From: an uncultured bacterium
GTDB lineage: Bacteria > Poribacteria > WGA-4E > GCA-2687025
Assembly (NCBI GenBank): GCA_964473525.1
Contig: CAYYPK010000031.1
Location: 7,820 to 71,819, forward strand
Reading direction: 5' to 3'
DNA: 64,000 nucleotides
Of the stretch, positions 47,952 to 58,156 are shown one piece after another. The position numbers and the translations under genes were made by a program. A model generated the notes under the pieces. It did no database searches and was not told the DNA's origin. It was given only the letters and a program-made list of their open reading frames with translations. Each line of letters opens with the position of its first letter. Within the stretch, counting starts at the first letter, position 1.

Positions 47952-50900
47952 ATGCGGAAGATAGACACTCCTCGGACCCGGCGATCCCTGTCCTTGCGCC
48001 GCGCGCCGATCGTGGCGTGGTGCGTCCTCCTGCTCGTAGCAACTCTCCATCACGCGCACGCGCAACGCCTGGACCTCACCCTGTCCGAAGACGCCGAAGC
48101 GATACGCCGCGCTGTCGGTATGGACAACATCAAGCGCGACATCGCCAGGCTCACTGCGCTCGAAAGCCGAGTAAGTGGCTTCCCGGGCGCCGATAGCGCG
48201 TCCAAGTACGTCTTTGATCGGTTCCAGGAGATCGGCCTCGACGACGTCGAGACGCGCACCTTCACCATGACCGTGCCGATGGAGCACGGGCTCGGGTCCA
48301 TGGTCGTCCGAGATGCGGACGGCGCCGAGATACGCCAGATCGACGTTCGGGCCGTGTGGCCCAATCTCGTACGCACCTCCTTCCTGCCGAACGGGCTGAA
48401 GCACACTGTCGAGAGTGGGCACACGCTCGAGTGGATAGGCGCCGCCTACCAGGTGGATCCAGCCGACATCGTAGCGGACATGCGCAACCAGGCTCTCCGT
48501 AACCAGCGCACCGACGGTCTGGACAACGACAACGACGGCCTGGTGGACGCCGCGGACCCCGACGGTGAAGTGACGCCCGTCGAAGGCACGTCCATCTTCG
48601 TTCCCACGGGCGGCCTGCAAGGTCGGCTCATCTACGGTAGCAGGTCCGCGCTACGCAACTACGACGGCAAGGAAGTTGGCGGGTTCTGGCACTCCGTGAG
48701 CCCAGACGACACGCTCGACGGCGTCGCTCGCAGATACCGTGTCACCCCCGGTAGCATCCTTGACGACGTCCTGAACCTGCACCTGAGCCGCAGCCAGGAC
48801 GGGATCGACAACGACGCCGACGGCGAGATCGACGAGGACGGCGAGATCGACCCGTTCGCGGTGATCGCCGCGTGGGCGTCCGACGGGGTCGACAACGACG
48901 GCGACGGGATGATCGACGAGGCCGCCGACAAGGACCTGGCGAAGACATCGGAGGCGTCCGTCTTCATCCCGCGCGGCTCGATCGTGCTGGCGGACTTCAA
49001 CTCCAGCACCAACTGGATCAACGCCGCGATGCTCGGCGCGCAGGCGGTCCTCTTCATTGAGCCAGAGGACACGATCCGTGGCGAGGCCGAGAACAAATAC
49101 CTTACCGTACCGGCGAACCTGCCCCGATTCTGGATCGGTAAGGCCGACGCCGACGAACTCCTGGAGATCCTGGGCGAGGATGGCGGGGCGTCCGTCTATC
49201 TGTCCGCCCAGCTCACCGCCGACGTGCGCTGGGAGCGGCGTCCGGCCCAGAACGTGCAGGGCATCCTGCCCGGCGCCGACCCGGTGCTTCGTGACGAGCT
49301 GATCGTCGTCCAGAGCTACTACGACTCCATGTCCGTTGTGCCGTCCCTGGCGCCTGGGGCGCAGACGACATCCGGCATCGCGTCGATGTTCGAGTTGGCG
49401 CGCCTCCTGAAGCAGCCGGAATTCCGGCCGGCGCGTTCGGTGCTGTTCCTGGCGACGGGAGGTCATTTCCAGGGCCTCAGCGGCATGCGCGCCTTCATGG
49501 AAGGCCTGAGCCAGGACAACGTTGAGACGATGCGCGAGATGCGCCGCGACCTCAACCAGGACGTCATTGAGTTCCAGGAACTCGGCCGCAAGATGGCCCT
49601 CTCGATCGACCGCGGCTACCTTGTCGAGTTTCCGCCCGCGTTCTTCCACCGTGTCGAGGACATCGCGACGGACCTCGATTCGGTCGTCAGCAGCCTGAAC
49701 GACCTCGCCGCCGCACAGCGACAGGTAGACCGGCTAGCTGAGGCGCAGCGCGCGGACAAGGAAGAGCAGCGCAAGCGTAAGACGGCGGACCTCTCGAAGA
49801 ACCGCGACGCACAGAACTTCACCGAGGAGGAACGCGCGCTCCTCAACGTTCACCTCGCTCGCGCCGAATTCCTTGGCCTGCAGACTGCCCAATTCCTCAA
49901 GGACGTAACACGGCGCATCGGGGACCTGAAGGTCATCGGCCTTCTCAAGTCGCGCGAGACCGAGCGGCAGATTCTGAACGACGTCGCGATCCCTATCGCC
50001 CAGTTGGACGTGTGGGCGATGGCTCAGGTCCGCGCCATCGCGGAAAGCGGCCAGGTTGGCGACGGCTATTCGCGGGACCGCGCCGATAGCTTGCTGCCGT
50101 ACGAGGACCGCGCGGCGCCTCCCGCGGCTGCTCTCAACACCATGCAGCCGGTGGTGATCCCCGGCTTCGGCGAACTCGATCCCAGGGACGCGTTCGATCA
50201 TCTGGCCAGCCCTGGCGTGCTGGACGAGTGGGAGATCGTGAAGGGCCGAGTCTCCACCCTCTACATTCCCGACAAGGTTCTCGGACGCCATCTGAACGCT
50301 GTTGAGCTAGGGCGCCTACGACGCGCCGCGAAGACGCTGAACGAACGGGCGTCCGGGTCGGACTACGCTAAGACGCGCAACGATCTCCTCGCGAAGGCTC
50401 TGGCGGCAGCGCAAGGGTACGCAGGGGCGGCGGGCGACATCGCGACGATCCAGGGGGCGCTGCAAGCGGGGTCGTTCCGCGCGATCCGCCCCGCCCTCGC
50501 GCGATACCTGACCGACGACGAGATGCGCGGGGCCGAGGCGAGCTTCGCCGAGCTCCAGGACGGCGCCGAATACGCTGCCGAGGAGTTAGCGCACTTCCTG
50601 AACATCGCGGAGCGGCGGCTCGAGCAGGAGGGGCCGCGACTCGAGAGCCTCCTCAGCGCGGCGCAGTCCGGCGCCCTCAACCGCGCCTTCCGCGCGGAGG
50701 AGCAGCTGGCGCTTGCCAATCATCTCACCCAGGCTGACCAGGATGGGCTAGCGGGCGCGCACGAGCAGCTCGTCGCGGAGTACGACCACGAGACGTATCT
50801 CGGCGTGGCGGAGGCCCGCGCGCGCAACGACGTGCTGGAACTCGCGCAGCTACAGCGTCTCGTCCCGACGATGGAGCGCGCCTTCACCGAGGGCGAAAAG

Positions 50901-53900
50901 CGACTCCTTCGCACGAACCTGATGACCATGCGGAACTCACGCGTCCGCAACGTCCACAAGCGCATTGAGCGCCTGTCCCGCATCGACCCGGTGGTGTATC
51001 AGGAGCGCGTCGCTGGCGTCATTCAGTCCATCCAGCTGCAGCAGGAACTCGGCCGCTACTACCAGTCCCTTGTCGTGTCGTTGGACCTCTCGACGCAGAG
51101 CGACGGCTTCGGCGTCTTCTACAAGGGCTCGTTCTACGACGACAACCGCGAATTCGAGCTACGTCGCGAATACGCGCCCATCGGCAACAAGCTGATGGAG
51201 TATGCGACGAACGCCAACCTGAAGCGCAACCTGGAAGCCCTACGTCGCTTCCCAGACGACCACGTCCGGCAGGCGATCTTGTCCAGCCAGTGGGGCGTCG
51301 CCGACCGCGTGAACACCGTCGAAGCGCTCGAAGGCAAGACGCTCGAGACGCTCGTCTTCGACTACTACGACACGCTCGTCACGCTGGGTGGCGTCAGCCG
51401 CCTCATGAAGCTGCAGTTCGAGGACATGCGGCAAAAGGGCGAGCCGTCCAAGACGATGCTCAAGGACATCGACTACATCCGCAAGGAGGTCAGTCGGTTC
51501 GTCCGCAACGACATTCGCGAGGCGCGTCGGCGCCGCAAGTCCACGAAGCGCCTGTTCGCGCGCGTCGAGAAGATGCTCGCGCTCAAGAGCCGACCCATCG
51601 AAGGGCTGTCGGACGACGAGATCAACGACCTGCGCAGCCTCATGGCGATGGCGGGCATCGAGTCCGAGACGAACTTCGTCAACGCCATCAGCGCCAGCGG
51701 CGGTAAGACCTGGCAGACGTATATCCCAGGCAAGATGGCGTTCGACAGCGAGGTCGCCACGCTCTCCGGCAAGACGGGCATGACCTTCGCGACCATCGAC
51801 GACGGACGGGTGTACACGGACACGCCACTCGACACCTACGACCGGCTGAACTTCGACAACCTGGAAGCGCAGGTTCAGACGCTGGCGTCTGTTCTGGTGC
51901 AGATGCTCCGCGACCCGAAGATGCCGACATCCGCGCGGGTCGGGAACTTCTATACGGCGCTGTCCGGCCGCGTTGTCGAATACGACGCCCGCGAGAGCGC
52001 CGTCCCGCAGACTCCGGTGCAGAACGCCATCGTCGCCGTGCGACGCAAGACGAAGACCATGATGGGCGTGCGCGGGGATCTGTACGTGCTCGGCGACCAG
52101 AAGGGCCGATACACGCTGGCTGGCCTGGCGATGGAAGGCCGCGCGACGACGCGTCCGAAGGGCACGCAGGAGGTAGAGGCGTTCGTCCTCGACCCAGACT
52201 CGGGCGACATCGTCTATGCCCCCGACCTCGGCGAGTTCGGCGCGAAGTTCTATCCGAACCTCGTTCCCATGAACCGCCGCCGCGTCGGGGCCAACATCGT
52301 CGCGTTTCCGTGCGTCAGCACGACGATTTACGACCTCGTCGACCAACGGTACATGCGTACGCTCACGTCCTTACAGGTGTACGATTCCACCCGCGACGCG
52401 CCGCCGCAGCGGTACGGCATCTCGCGCCCGTGGATACAGCCGCTGGTGTCCGCCGCGGAGCCCATCGCGCTCGTCTATTCCGAGCCGGACTCCCGCATCA
52501 AAATCAGCATGGCGTCAGGCCTGTTGGGCAAGCTCCTGCTGCTCATCAAGGCCACCGGCACGAACGTCGACAACCCCACGCTCTACACGGGTGAAGGGTT
52601 CGTCGTCCGCGAGAACGGGTCGATCCGCGTGACGCCGTACGTGGTCGTGAAGGACATGTGGAATCTCGATGAGGCGCGCATCGGCCTCTACACGCGCTAC
52701 GGCATCAGCAACAAGCGTCTGGAGGAGTTGCACGGCGAAGCGCAACGGCTGCTAGAGAAGGCTGAGCGTGACTTGGCCGCGAACGAATATACCGCGGCCC
52801 TGAAGAAAGCGCGCGCCGCTTGGGGCAACGAGTCCATCGCCTACCCTGACGTCAAGGCGACCGGCAACGATGTCGTCCGGGGCGTCATGTTCTACCTGTT
52901 CCTGCTGCTCCCGTTTGCGATGTTCGGCGAGCGCCTTCTGTTCGCGGCGACGAACATCAACAAGCGCATCGGTTACACGTTCGGCATCTTCCTGCTCGTG
53001 TTCTTCTTCCTCAGCCAGGTGCATCCGGCCTTCGAGATTGCCGAGACGCCGTTCATCATCCTTATCGCGTTCATCGTGCTTGCGCTGACGGTGGTCGTCA
53101 TCACCATCATCATCCGCAAGTTCAACGAGCAGCTCGAGAAGATGCGGCGTGAGAAGTCGAAGATCTACAAAGCGGACGTCGGGCGGCTGTCGGCCAGCGC
53201 CGCCGCGTTCTCGCTGGGCATCTCCAACATGCGGAAGCGCAAGGGCCGCACGCTGCTGACCTGCGCGACGTTGGTGGTGCTGACGTTCACGGTGATTTCA
53301 TTCACGTCCGTGCGCACGGAGATTCGCGCGCATTCGACGCGCATCCCAGGGGTCACGCCGAACTATCAGGGCGTGCTGATTCGCGACCAATACTGGCGGC
53401 CGCTCGAAGAGCCGGTCGTCGACGGCTCGCGCACGAACTTCCTCAGCGCGACCATCGCGGCGCGTATCGAGGGCGCGATGCAGAACATCGACGTGACCAG
53501 CTACGTCGCCCCGCGCGCTTGGTACGAAGCGGCGAGCGTCGGCAACCAGTCGGCGGTTGTCATCGATAGCCTCGTCGAGGATGACACGAGCTACACCGTG
53601 AACATGCTCGTGGGCATGTCGCCCGACGAGAAGCACGTCACGCGCATCCACTCGAAGCTCGCCTACGGTCGGTGGTTCGAGGACGACGAGCTAGACGCCT
53701 ATGTGTGCGTGCTGCCCAAGGGCGTGTCGGATTCCCTCGGCGTCACTGAGGAGCAGGTCGTCAACGGCGACGCCAAGGTGCGCATCTTGGGCGCCGAGTT
53801 CCTGGTCGTGGGCGTTCTCGGGATCGACTTCAAGGAGCTGACGGACCTCGACGGCGAGGAACTGACCCCCGTTGACTACACGCTCTTGCAGCAGCAGCAG

Positions 53901-55070
53901 CAGCGCGGTTCGCAGGACTCGACCCTCGAGGGTGAGCTGCAGAAGTACCAGCATCTGCCGCCCGACGCCATCGCGGTCCTCCCGTACCAGATCGTCGTGG
54001 ACTCCGGCGGCAACGTGAAGTCCGTCGCCGTGAACATGGAGGATGTGCAGGGCGAGCTGCCAGCGGGCGTGACCGTCGGCGACAAGATCGACGCCATCAT
54101 GTCGCCAGTGATGAAGCGCTCCGGCTTGGACTACTTCGTCGGGAAGGGGCGCAACGTCTTCCTATACAGCTCCATCGGCGGCACGTCCACGGAGCAGATG
54201 AGCAACCTCGCGGTGCCGATCATCATCGCCGCGCTGATCGTCCTCAACACGATGCTCGGCGCGGTCTACGAGCGTGTGCGCGAAATCGGAATCTACAGCG
54301 CCGTCGGCTTGGCGCCGGTGCACATCGCCTTCCTCTTCATGGCTGAGGCGTGTGTGTATGCCGTCCTCGGCGCTGTATTGGGTTACCTGCTGGGTCAGAT
54401 GACCGCCTGGACGCTCGTGCAGACAGGCTGGCTGGCGGGACTCACTCTGAACTACTCCGCGCGATCCACGGTCTACGCGACGATGATCGTCATGTTCGTG
54501 GTGTTGGCGTCGACTATGTATCCGGCGATCAAGGCCGGGCGCATGGCCGTGCCGGACATTGAGCGCAAGTGGCGCCTCCCCGAGCCGGACGGAGACGAAT
54601 GGCATTTCGACCTGCCGTTCACGGTTCTCGGTGAGGAGGCCCTTGGTCTCAACATCTTCATGCGGGACTACTTCGAGGCTCACGCGGACGAGTCGGCGAG
54701 TGACTTCTACGCGGACGATGTCAGCTTCCGACGGGAGACGCCGGAGGGCGCGGAGGACGAGGAGTACGCCTGCGAGATGATGGTGTGGTTGGCGCCGTAT
54801 GACTTAGGCGTAAGCCAGCGCGTCAGCCTCCAGACAACGGCCGTCGGCGGCGAGGAAGAGGAGCTCTTCCGCATCCACTTGGTCGTCTACCGCGAGAGCG
54901 GCGAGATCGCTTCGTGGAAGCGCGTCAACCGACGCTACCTGAACCTGATTCGCAAGCAGTTGCTTATCTGGCGCACGTTCAACGTCGAGTTGCGTGGCGA
55001 ATTCCACGCGCGTGGACGCGACGAGACCGAACGCATGGCGGGTGCCACCCCGGAATTCGCGTCCGACTGA
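47952..55070 (+). CDS. giant fusion protein: signal peptide + degenerate M28-peptidase-like (transferrin-receptor-like) ectodomain + Asp-rich Ca-binding-type repeats + long coiled-coil region + 3 TM + FtsX/MacB-type ABC permease
   Basis: M28-like block …LIVVQSYYDSMSVVPSLAPGAQTTSGIASMFELARLL…RSVLFLATGGHFQGLSGMRAF, with the canonical HxDS / GAxDDxSG / EE zinc-ligand positions substituted. DxDxDG-like repeats (DGLDNDNDGLVDAAD, DGIDNDADGEIDEDGEID, DGVDNDGDGMIDEAAD). FtsX-like first TM …ISNMRKRKGRTLLTCATLVVLTFTVISF…, large periplasmic domain, and C-terminal 3-TM FtsX core …IYSAVGLAPVHIAFLFMAEACVYAVLGAVLGYLLG…. Confidence 0.7.
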   Translation: MRKIDTPRTRRSLSLRRAPIVAWCVLLLVATLHHAHAQRLDLTLSEDAEAIRRAVGMDNIKRDIARLTALESRVSGFPGADSASKYVFDRFQEIGLDDVETRTFTMTVPMEHGLGSMVVRDADGAEIRQIDVRAVWPNLVRTSFLPNGLKHTVESGHTLEWIGAAYQVDPADIVADMRNQALRNQRTDGLDNDNDGLVDAADPDGEVTPVEGTSIFVPTGGLQGRLIYGSRSALRNYDGKEVGGFWHSVSPDDTLDGVARRYRVTPGSILDDVLNLHLSRSQDGIDNDADGEIDEDGEIDPFAVIAAWASDGVDNDGDGMIDEAADKDLAKTSEASVFIPRGSIVLADFNSSTNWINAAMLGAQAVLFIEPEDTIRGEAENKYLTVPANLPRFWIGKADADELLEILGEDGGASVYLSAQLTADVRWERRPAQNVQGILPGADPVLRDELIVVQSYYDSMSVVPSLAPGAQTTSGIASMFELARLLKQPEFRPARSVLFLATGGHFQGLSGMRAFMEGLSQDNVETMREMRRDLNQDVIEFQELGRKMALSIDRGYLVEFPPAFFHRVEDIATDLDSVVSSLNDLAAAQRQVDRLAEAQRADKEEQRKRKTADLSKNRDAQNFTEEERALLNVHLARAEFLGLQTAQFLKDVTRRIGDLKVIGLLKSRETERQILNDVAIPIAQLDVWAMAQVRAIAESGQVGDGYSRDRADSLLPYEDRAAPPAAALNTMQPVVIPGFGELDPRDAFDHLASPGVLDEWEIVKGRVSTLYIPDKVLGRHLNAVELGRLRRAAKTLNERASGSDYAKTRNDLLAKALAAAQGYAGAAGDIATIQGALQAGSFRAIRPALARYLTDDEMRGAEASFAELQDGAEYAAEELAHFLNIAERRLEQEGPRLESLLSAAQSGALNRAFRAEEQLALANHLTQADQDGLAGAHEQLVAEYDHETYLGVAEARARNDVLELAQLQRLVPTMERAFTEGEKRLLRTNLMTMRNSRVRNVHKRIERLSRIDPVVYQERVAGVIQSIQLQQELGRYYQSLVVSLDLSTQSDGFGVFYKGSFYDDNREFELRREYAPIGNKLMEYATNANLKRNLEALRRFPDDHVRQAILSSQWGVADRVNTVEALEGKTLETLVFDYYDTLVTLGGVSRLMKLQFEDMRQKGEPSKTMLKDIDYIRKEVSRFVRNDIREARRRRKSTKRLFARVEKMLALKSRPIEGLSDDEINDLRSLMAMAGIESETNFVNAISASGGKTWQTYIPGKMAFDSEVATLSGKTGMTFATIDDGRVYTDTPLDTYDRLNFDNLEAQVQTLASVLVQMLRDPKMPTSARVGNFYTALSGRVVEYDARESAVPQTPVQNAIVAVRRKTKTMMGVRGDLYVLGDQKGRYTLAGLAMEGRATTRPKGTQEVEAFVLDPDSGDIVYAPDLGEFGAKFYPNLVPMNRRRVGANIVAFPCVSTTIYDLVDQRYMRTLTSLQVYDSTRDAPPQRYGISRPWIQPLVSAAEPIALVYSEPDSRIKISMASGLLGKLLLLIKATGTNVDNPTLYTGEGFVVRENGSIRVTPYVVVKDMWNLDEARIGLYTRYGISNKRLEELHGEAQRLLEKAERDLAANEYTAALKKARAAWGNESIAYPDVKATGNDVVRGVMFYLFLLLPFAMFGERLLFAATNINKRIGYTFGIFLLVFFFLSQVHPAFEIAETPFIILIAFIVLALTVVVITIIIRKFNEQLEKMRREKSKIYKADVGRLSASAAAFSLGISNMRKRKGRTLLTCATLVVLTFTVISFTSVRTEIRAHSTRIPGVTPNYQGVLIRDQYWRPLEEPVVDGSRTNFLSATIAARIEGAMQNIDVTSYVAPRAWYEAASVGNQSAVVIDSLVEDDTSYTVNMLVGMSPDEKHVTRIHSKLAYGRWFEDDELDAYVCVLPKGVSDSLGVTEEQVVNGDAKVRILGAEFLVVGVLGIDFKELTDLDGEELTPVDYTLLQQQQQRGSQDSTLEGELQKYQHLPPDAIAVLPYQIVVDSGGNVKSVAVNMEDVQGELPAGVTVGDKIDAIMSPVMKRSGLDYFVGKGRNVFLYSSIGGTSTEQMSNLAVPIIIAALIVLNTMLGAVYERVREIGIYSAVGLAPVHIAFLFMAEACVYAVLGAVLGYLLGQMTAWTLVQTGWLAGLTLNYSARSTVYATMIVMFVVLASTMYPAIKAGRMAVPDIERKWRLPEPDGDEWHFDLPFTVLGEEALGLNIFMRDYFEAHADESASDFYADDVSFRRETPEGAEDEEYACEMMVWLAPYDLGVSQRVSLQTTAVGGEEEELFRIHLVVYRESGEIASWKRVNRRYLNLIRKQLLIWRTFNVELRGEFHARGRDETERMAGATPEFASD

Positions 55071-55119
55071 GGCGGCGCACACGACAGGCGCATGAACGAC
55101 CGCGCCCAAGGGAGCGAGA

Positions 55120-57162
55120 GTGGCTCGATCAAGACGTAAAGGGGAATCGCTAGCCGAGGAGATGCAATCCTGGGCAAAGCGATACGACACGGACGAAGGT
55201 ATCCGCACCTTCGAGTCCGGGCTAAGCGTCAAAGTCCTCCTGGGCGCGGCTTTCGTCGGCTTCCTGATGATGCCCGGCGCCATCTACCTGACCCTACAGA
55301 CCGGTGGCGCGGCGGGCGGGGCCGCTGCCCCGTGGGTAGCCGTCATTCTCTTCACGGAGATTGCGCGACGCTCCTTCCAGACCGCCAAGCGGCAGGAACT
55401 CTACATCCTGCTGGCCCTCACGGGGGCTGCGGTGAACGCTGGCGGGCAGTATTACGGCTACATCATGGACTCGTACTTTATCAACTCGCAGCAAGCCGAG
55501 TCGTACGAGATCGCCGACAAGATACCTGACTGGGCCATCGCGCCCAAGGACTCCAGGGCGCACGCAGACCGATCTCTATTCCACAAAGACTGGTGGCGCG
55601 GCGCTAGGAGCGAGGCGCGCGTGTTCGGGTTCCCCATCGGCCCCATCACCCTGATGCTCCTGTTGCAGGTGTTGGGACGGCTCCGGCACATATCAGGCAG
55701 TTACTTCCTGTTCAGGGTGTGCGCGGACTTCGAGAAGTTACCGTACCCAATGGCGCCCGTGAGCGCCCAGGGGGCCACTGCGCTCGCGGAGAGCACCCAC
55801 AAGACGGAGACCTGGAGGTGGAGGGTCTTCAGTATTGGCTCCATTATCGGGATGGGTTGGGGAGCCATCTATGTCGGGGTGCCCCAAATCAGCGGCGCCC
55901 TAGGCATGTCGGAGCCGTTGCGCATCATCCCCATTCCGTTCATCGACTTCACGCAGAGCATTGAGGCGTTCGCGCCGACCGGGACGTTCGCTATCACGAC
56001 GGACGCCAGCGCGATACTCACTGGCTTCGTGATGCCCATTCCCGTCGTGGTCGCCCAATTCGTGTCCGCTTCGTTTACGCAGTTCCTCCTCAACCCGTTC
56101 CTGTACCGGCAGGACATCCTGCACACGTGGGAACCGGGGATGGACGTGCGCATCACAGGCCTGCGCAACAGCCTCGACTTCTGGATGAGCTTCGGCTACG
56201 GGAAGACCTTCTCGTTCGCCGTCCTCGGGCTCGGCACCGTCATCATCATGTTCGCCAAGAGAGGCAACAAGAAGGAGGTCGGCGCGGGGAGTTGGGCGGC
56301 GCCTCCTGGACGCGGCGATTTCCCCATCTGGCTGGCCCTCATCATGTGGGGTCTTGGGATGGGCGGCTATGTCTACGTCGTGCACAAGCTGATCCCAGGC
56401 TTCCCGCTCGCGTTCCTGATGGGCTTCGCGTTCCTCTACACCCCGCTGAACTCCTACATCAGCGCCCGAACCTTCGGCATCATGAGCCGCGACCTGTTCG
56501 ACATCCCGTACATCAAGGAAGCCACGTTCATCCTGAGTCGATACGATGAGATCGACATATGGTTCGCGCCGTTCCCAAGCGAGGACTACGGCACGGAGAC
56601 ACAGGGGTGGCGCATCCTCGAGCTGACCGGCACGACCTTCACAAGTAAGATCGCGGCTGACCTGCTTGCCTGGCCGGTACTGCTGATCGCCGGTATCGTG
56701 GCGTGGCATTTCATCTGGAAGCTGGCGCCGATTCCGTCTGCGCAGTACCAGTTCGCGCAGATGATGTGGCCTCTGTTCGCAACGAACCGAGCGTTGTGGA
56801 TCACGGCTCTGCGGGATGGTCACTCCGAGCAGTTACAGGCCATCCGACCGACGTACATTCTCGCGGGCTTCGTCATATCGTTGGGCATCTACGGACTAAC
56901 CGTCGTGTCCCGCATTCCATACCGTCACATTGCAGGTTACGGGGTCATCGGGGGCCTCGGCGCCGACCCGGGTATGTTCTTCCTCCAGTTCATTGGCGCG
57001 ATCGTTGGCCGCTACGTGATGATCAAGCGCTTCGGGCGTAACCGATGGGCGCGGTACAACCCGGTGCTGCTAGCTGGGTTCTTCTGCGGCATGGCGCTGG
57101 TGGGTATGGCGGGCGTCGCGATCGACCTGATACAGAAGTCGGTCATCGTGAAGCCGTTCTGA
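55120..57162 (+). CDS. polytopic membrane protein, divergent paralog P3 of the P1/P2 family
   Basis: 680 aa with a GTG start and a GGGAGCGAG Shine-Dalgarno. It shares …FEKLPYPMAP… and the overall hydrophobic pattern with P1/P2, and lies 49 bp downstream of the giant ORF. Confidence 0.55.
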   Translation: MARSRRKGESLAEEMQSWAKRYDTDEGIRTFESGLSVKVLLGAAFVGFLMMPGAIYLTLQTGGAAGGAAAPWVAVILFTEIARRSFQTAKRQELYILLALTGAAVNAGGQYYGYIMDSYFINSQQAESYEIADKIPDWAIAPKDSRAHADRSLFHKDWWRGARSEARVFGFPIGPITLMLLLQVLGRLRHISGSYFLFRVCADFEKLPYPMAPVSAQGATALAESTHKTETWRWRVFSIGSIIGMGWGAIYVGVPQISGALGMSEPLRIIPIPFIDFTQSIEAFAPTGTFAITTDASAILTGFVMPIPVVVAQFVSASFTQFLLNPFLYRQDILHTWEPGMDVRITGLRNSLDFWMSFGYGKTFSFAVLGLGTVIIMFAKRGNKKEVGAGSWAAPPGRGDFPIWLALIMWGLGMGGYVYVVHKLIPGFPLAFLMGFAFLYTPLNSYISARTFGIMSRDLFDIPYIKEATFILSRYDEIDIWFAPFPSEDYGTETQGWRILELTGTTFTSKIAADLLAWPVLLIAGIVAWHFIWKLAPIPSAQYQFAQMMWPLFATNRALWITALRDGHSEQLQAIRPTYILAGFVISLGIYGLTVVSRIPYRHIAGYGVIGGLGADPGMFFLQFIGAIVGRYVMIKRFGRNRWARYNPVLLAGFFCGMALVGMAGVAIDLIQKSVIVKPF

Positions 57163-57214
57163 CGCGGCGTCGTCGACGCGATCGCACGGTATTCCACGCC
57201 ACGGACATGGAACC

Positions 57215-58156
57215 ATGGCCGACTCATGGGCGCGGTTTGGGTGGCAGGGCCTCTCCGCTGAGGCGCCCGTCGACTGGGAACTCGTGGGCATCCCCAAAAC
57301 CCACGACGCCGCGGAAGGCTATCTGCGCCTCGATGACGCCACGCAGCCGCGCTTCGAGCTGAAGTGGAACTCCAACGCGCAGCGCAAGTTCGACATCGAG
57401 AAGACGCTGGACGACTACCTGTCCGGCATTCGGAAGACCTACGAGAAGCAGATCGGCCCCATTGAGGTGCGCAAGGACCAAGTGCTCATCCCGGACGCTG
57501 GCGCGGATGCCGCGTTCCACGAGCATCGTGAGGTGCGCTTCTTCTCGTGGCGTGGCGAGTTGCGCGCGTACGGCGCCATATGGCGTTGCGCCGAGTGCAA
57601 GCGCGTGGTCATGGCGCAGGTCATCGGCCCTTCGGGCGGGCAAGGGACGAAGACGCAAGCAGTGCGCATCCTACGTTCTATCCAGGACCACCCGTCCGGT
57701 CCTACGAACTTGTGGACCGCCTACGGCCTGGAAATGGACGTGCCGCGGCGCTTCCGCTTGGACAAGCTACAGCTCCTGAACGGCTACATCCTCTTCTCCT
57801 TCACCGACGGTTCGTCTCGCGTGGCGGTCGAGCGCTACGGGCTCGCCGACCAGCACATGAAGGATGGCGACATCGACGCGTGGTTCCGACGGACGTATGC
57901 TAAGCAGATGCGCGGGACGACGCTGGCCTTGGACGACGACGACCTGCACGACCATTCGCTGCGTATCTGGGACGCGTCGCTCCCCAAGGCCTGGGAGTCG
58001 TACGCGCGCCCCGTGCGCACTGCGGGACATGTGTGGCAGGACGCCACGGCGAACCGGCTCTATGTCGTGCGGGCCACCGGCAAGCGTGATCTGCGAGCCG
58101 CGATGCGGCGTATCGCGGCGAGCATCCCGATGCGGCCGGTCGAGGTCATGGAATGA
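57215..58156 (+). CDS. hypothetical protein (313 aa), no family recognised
   Basis: ORF with coding-like composition. Its stop overlaps the start of the next gene in an ATGA. Confidence 0.4.
   Translation: MADSWARFGWQGLSAEAPVDWELVGIPKTHDAAEGYLRLDDATQPRFELKWNSNAQRKFDIEKTLDDYLSGIRKTYEKQIGPIEVRKDQVLIPDAGADAAFHEHREVRFFSWRGELRAYGAIWRCAECKRVVMAQVIGPSGGQGTKTQAVRILRSIQDHPSGPTNLWTAYGLEMDVPRRFRLDKLQLLNGYILFSFTDGSSRVAVERYGLADQHMKDGDIDAWFRRTYAKQMRGTTLALDDDDLHDHSLRIWDASLPKAWESYARPVRTAGHVWQDATANRLYVVRATGKRDLRAAMRRIAASIPMRPVEVME

Noticed and set aside
53880-53900. cag×5 run (QQQQQ) in the giant ORF as a slipped-strand phase-variation site
   Set aside because: The run is in-frame trinucleotides within the periplasmic domain. 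Changes would alter Gln number rather than switch expression, and the run is too short to argue for a contingency locus.
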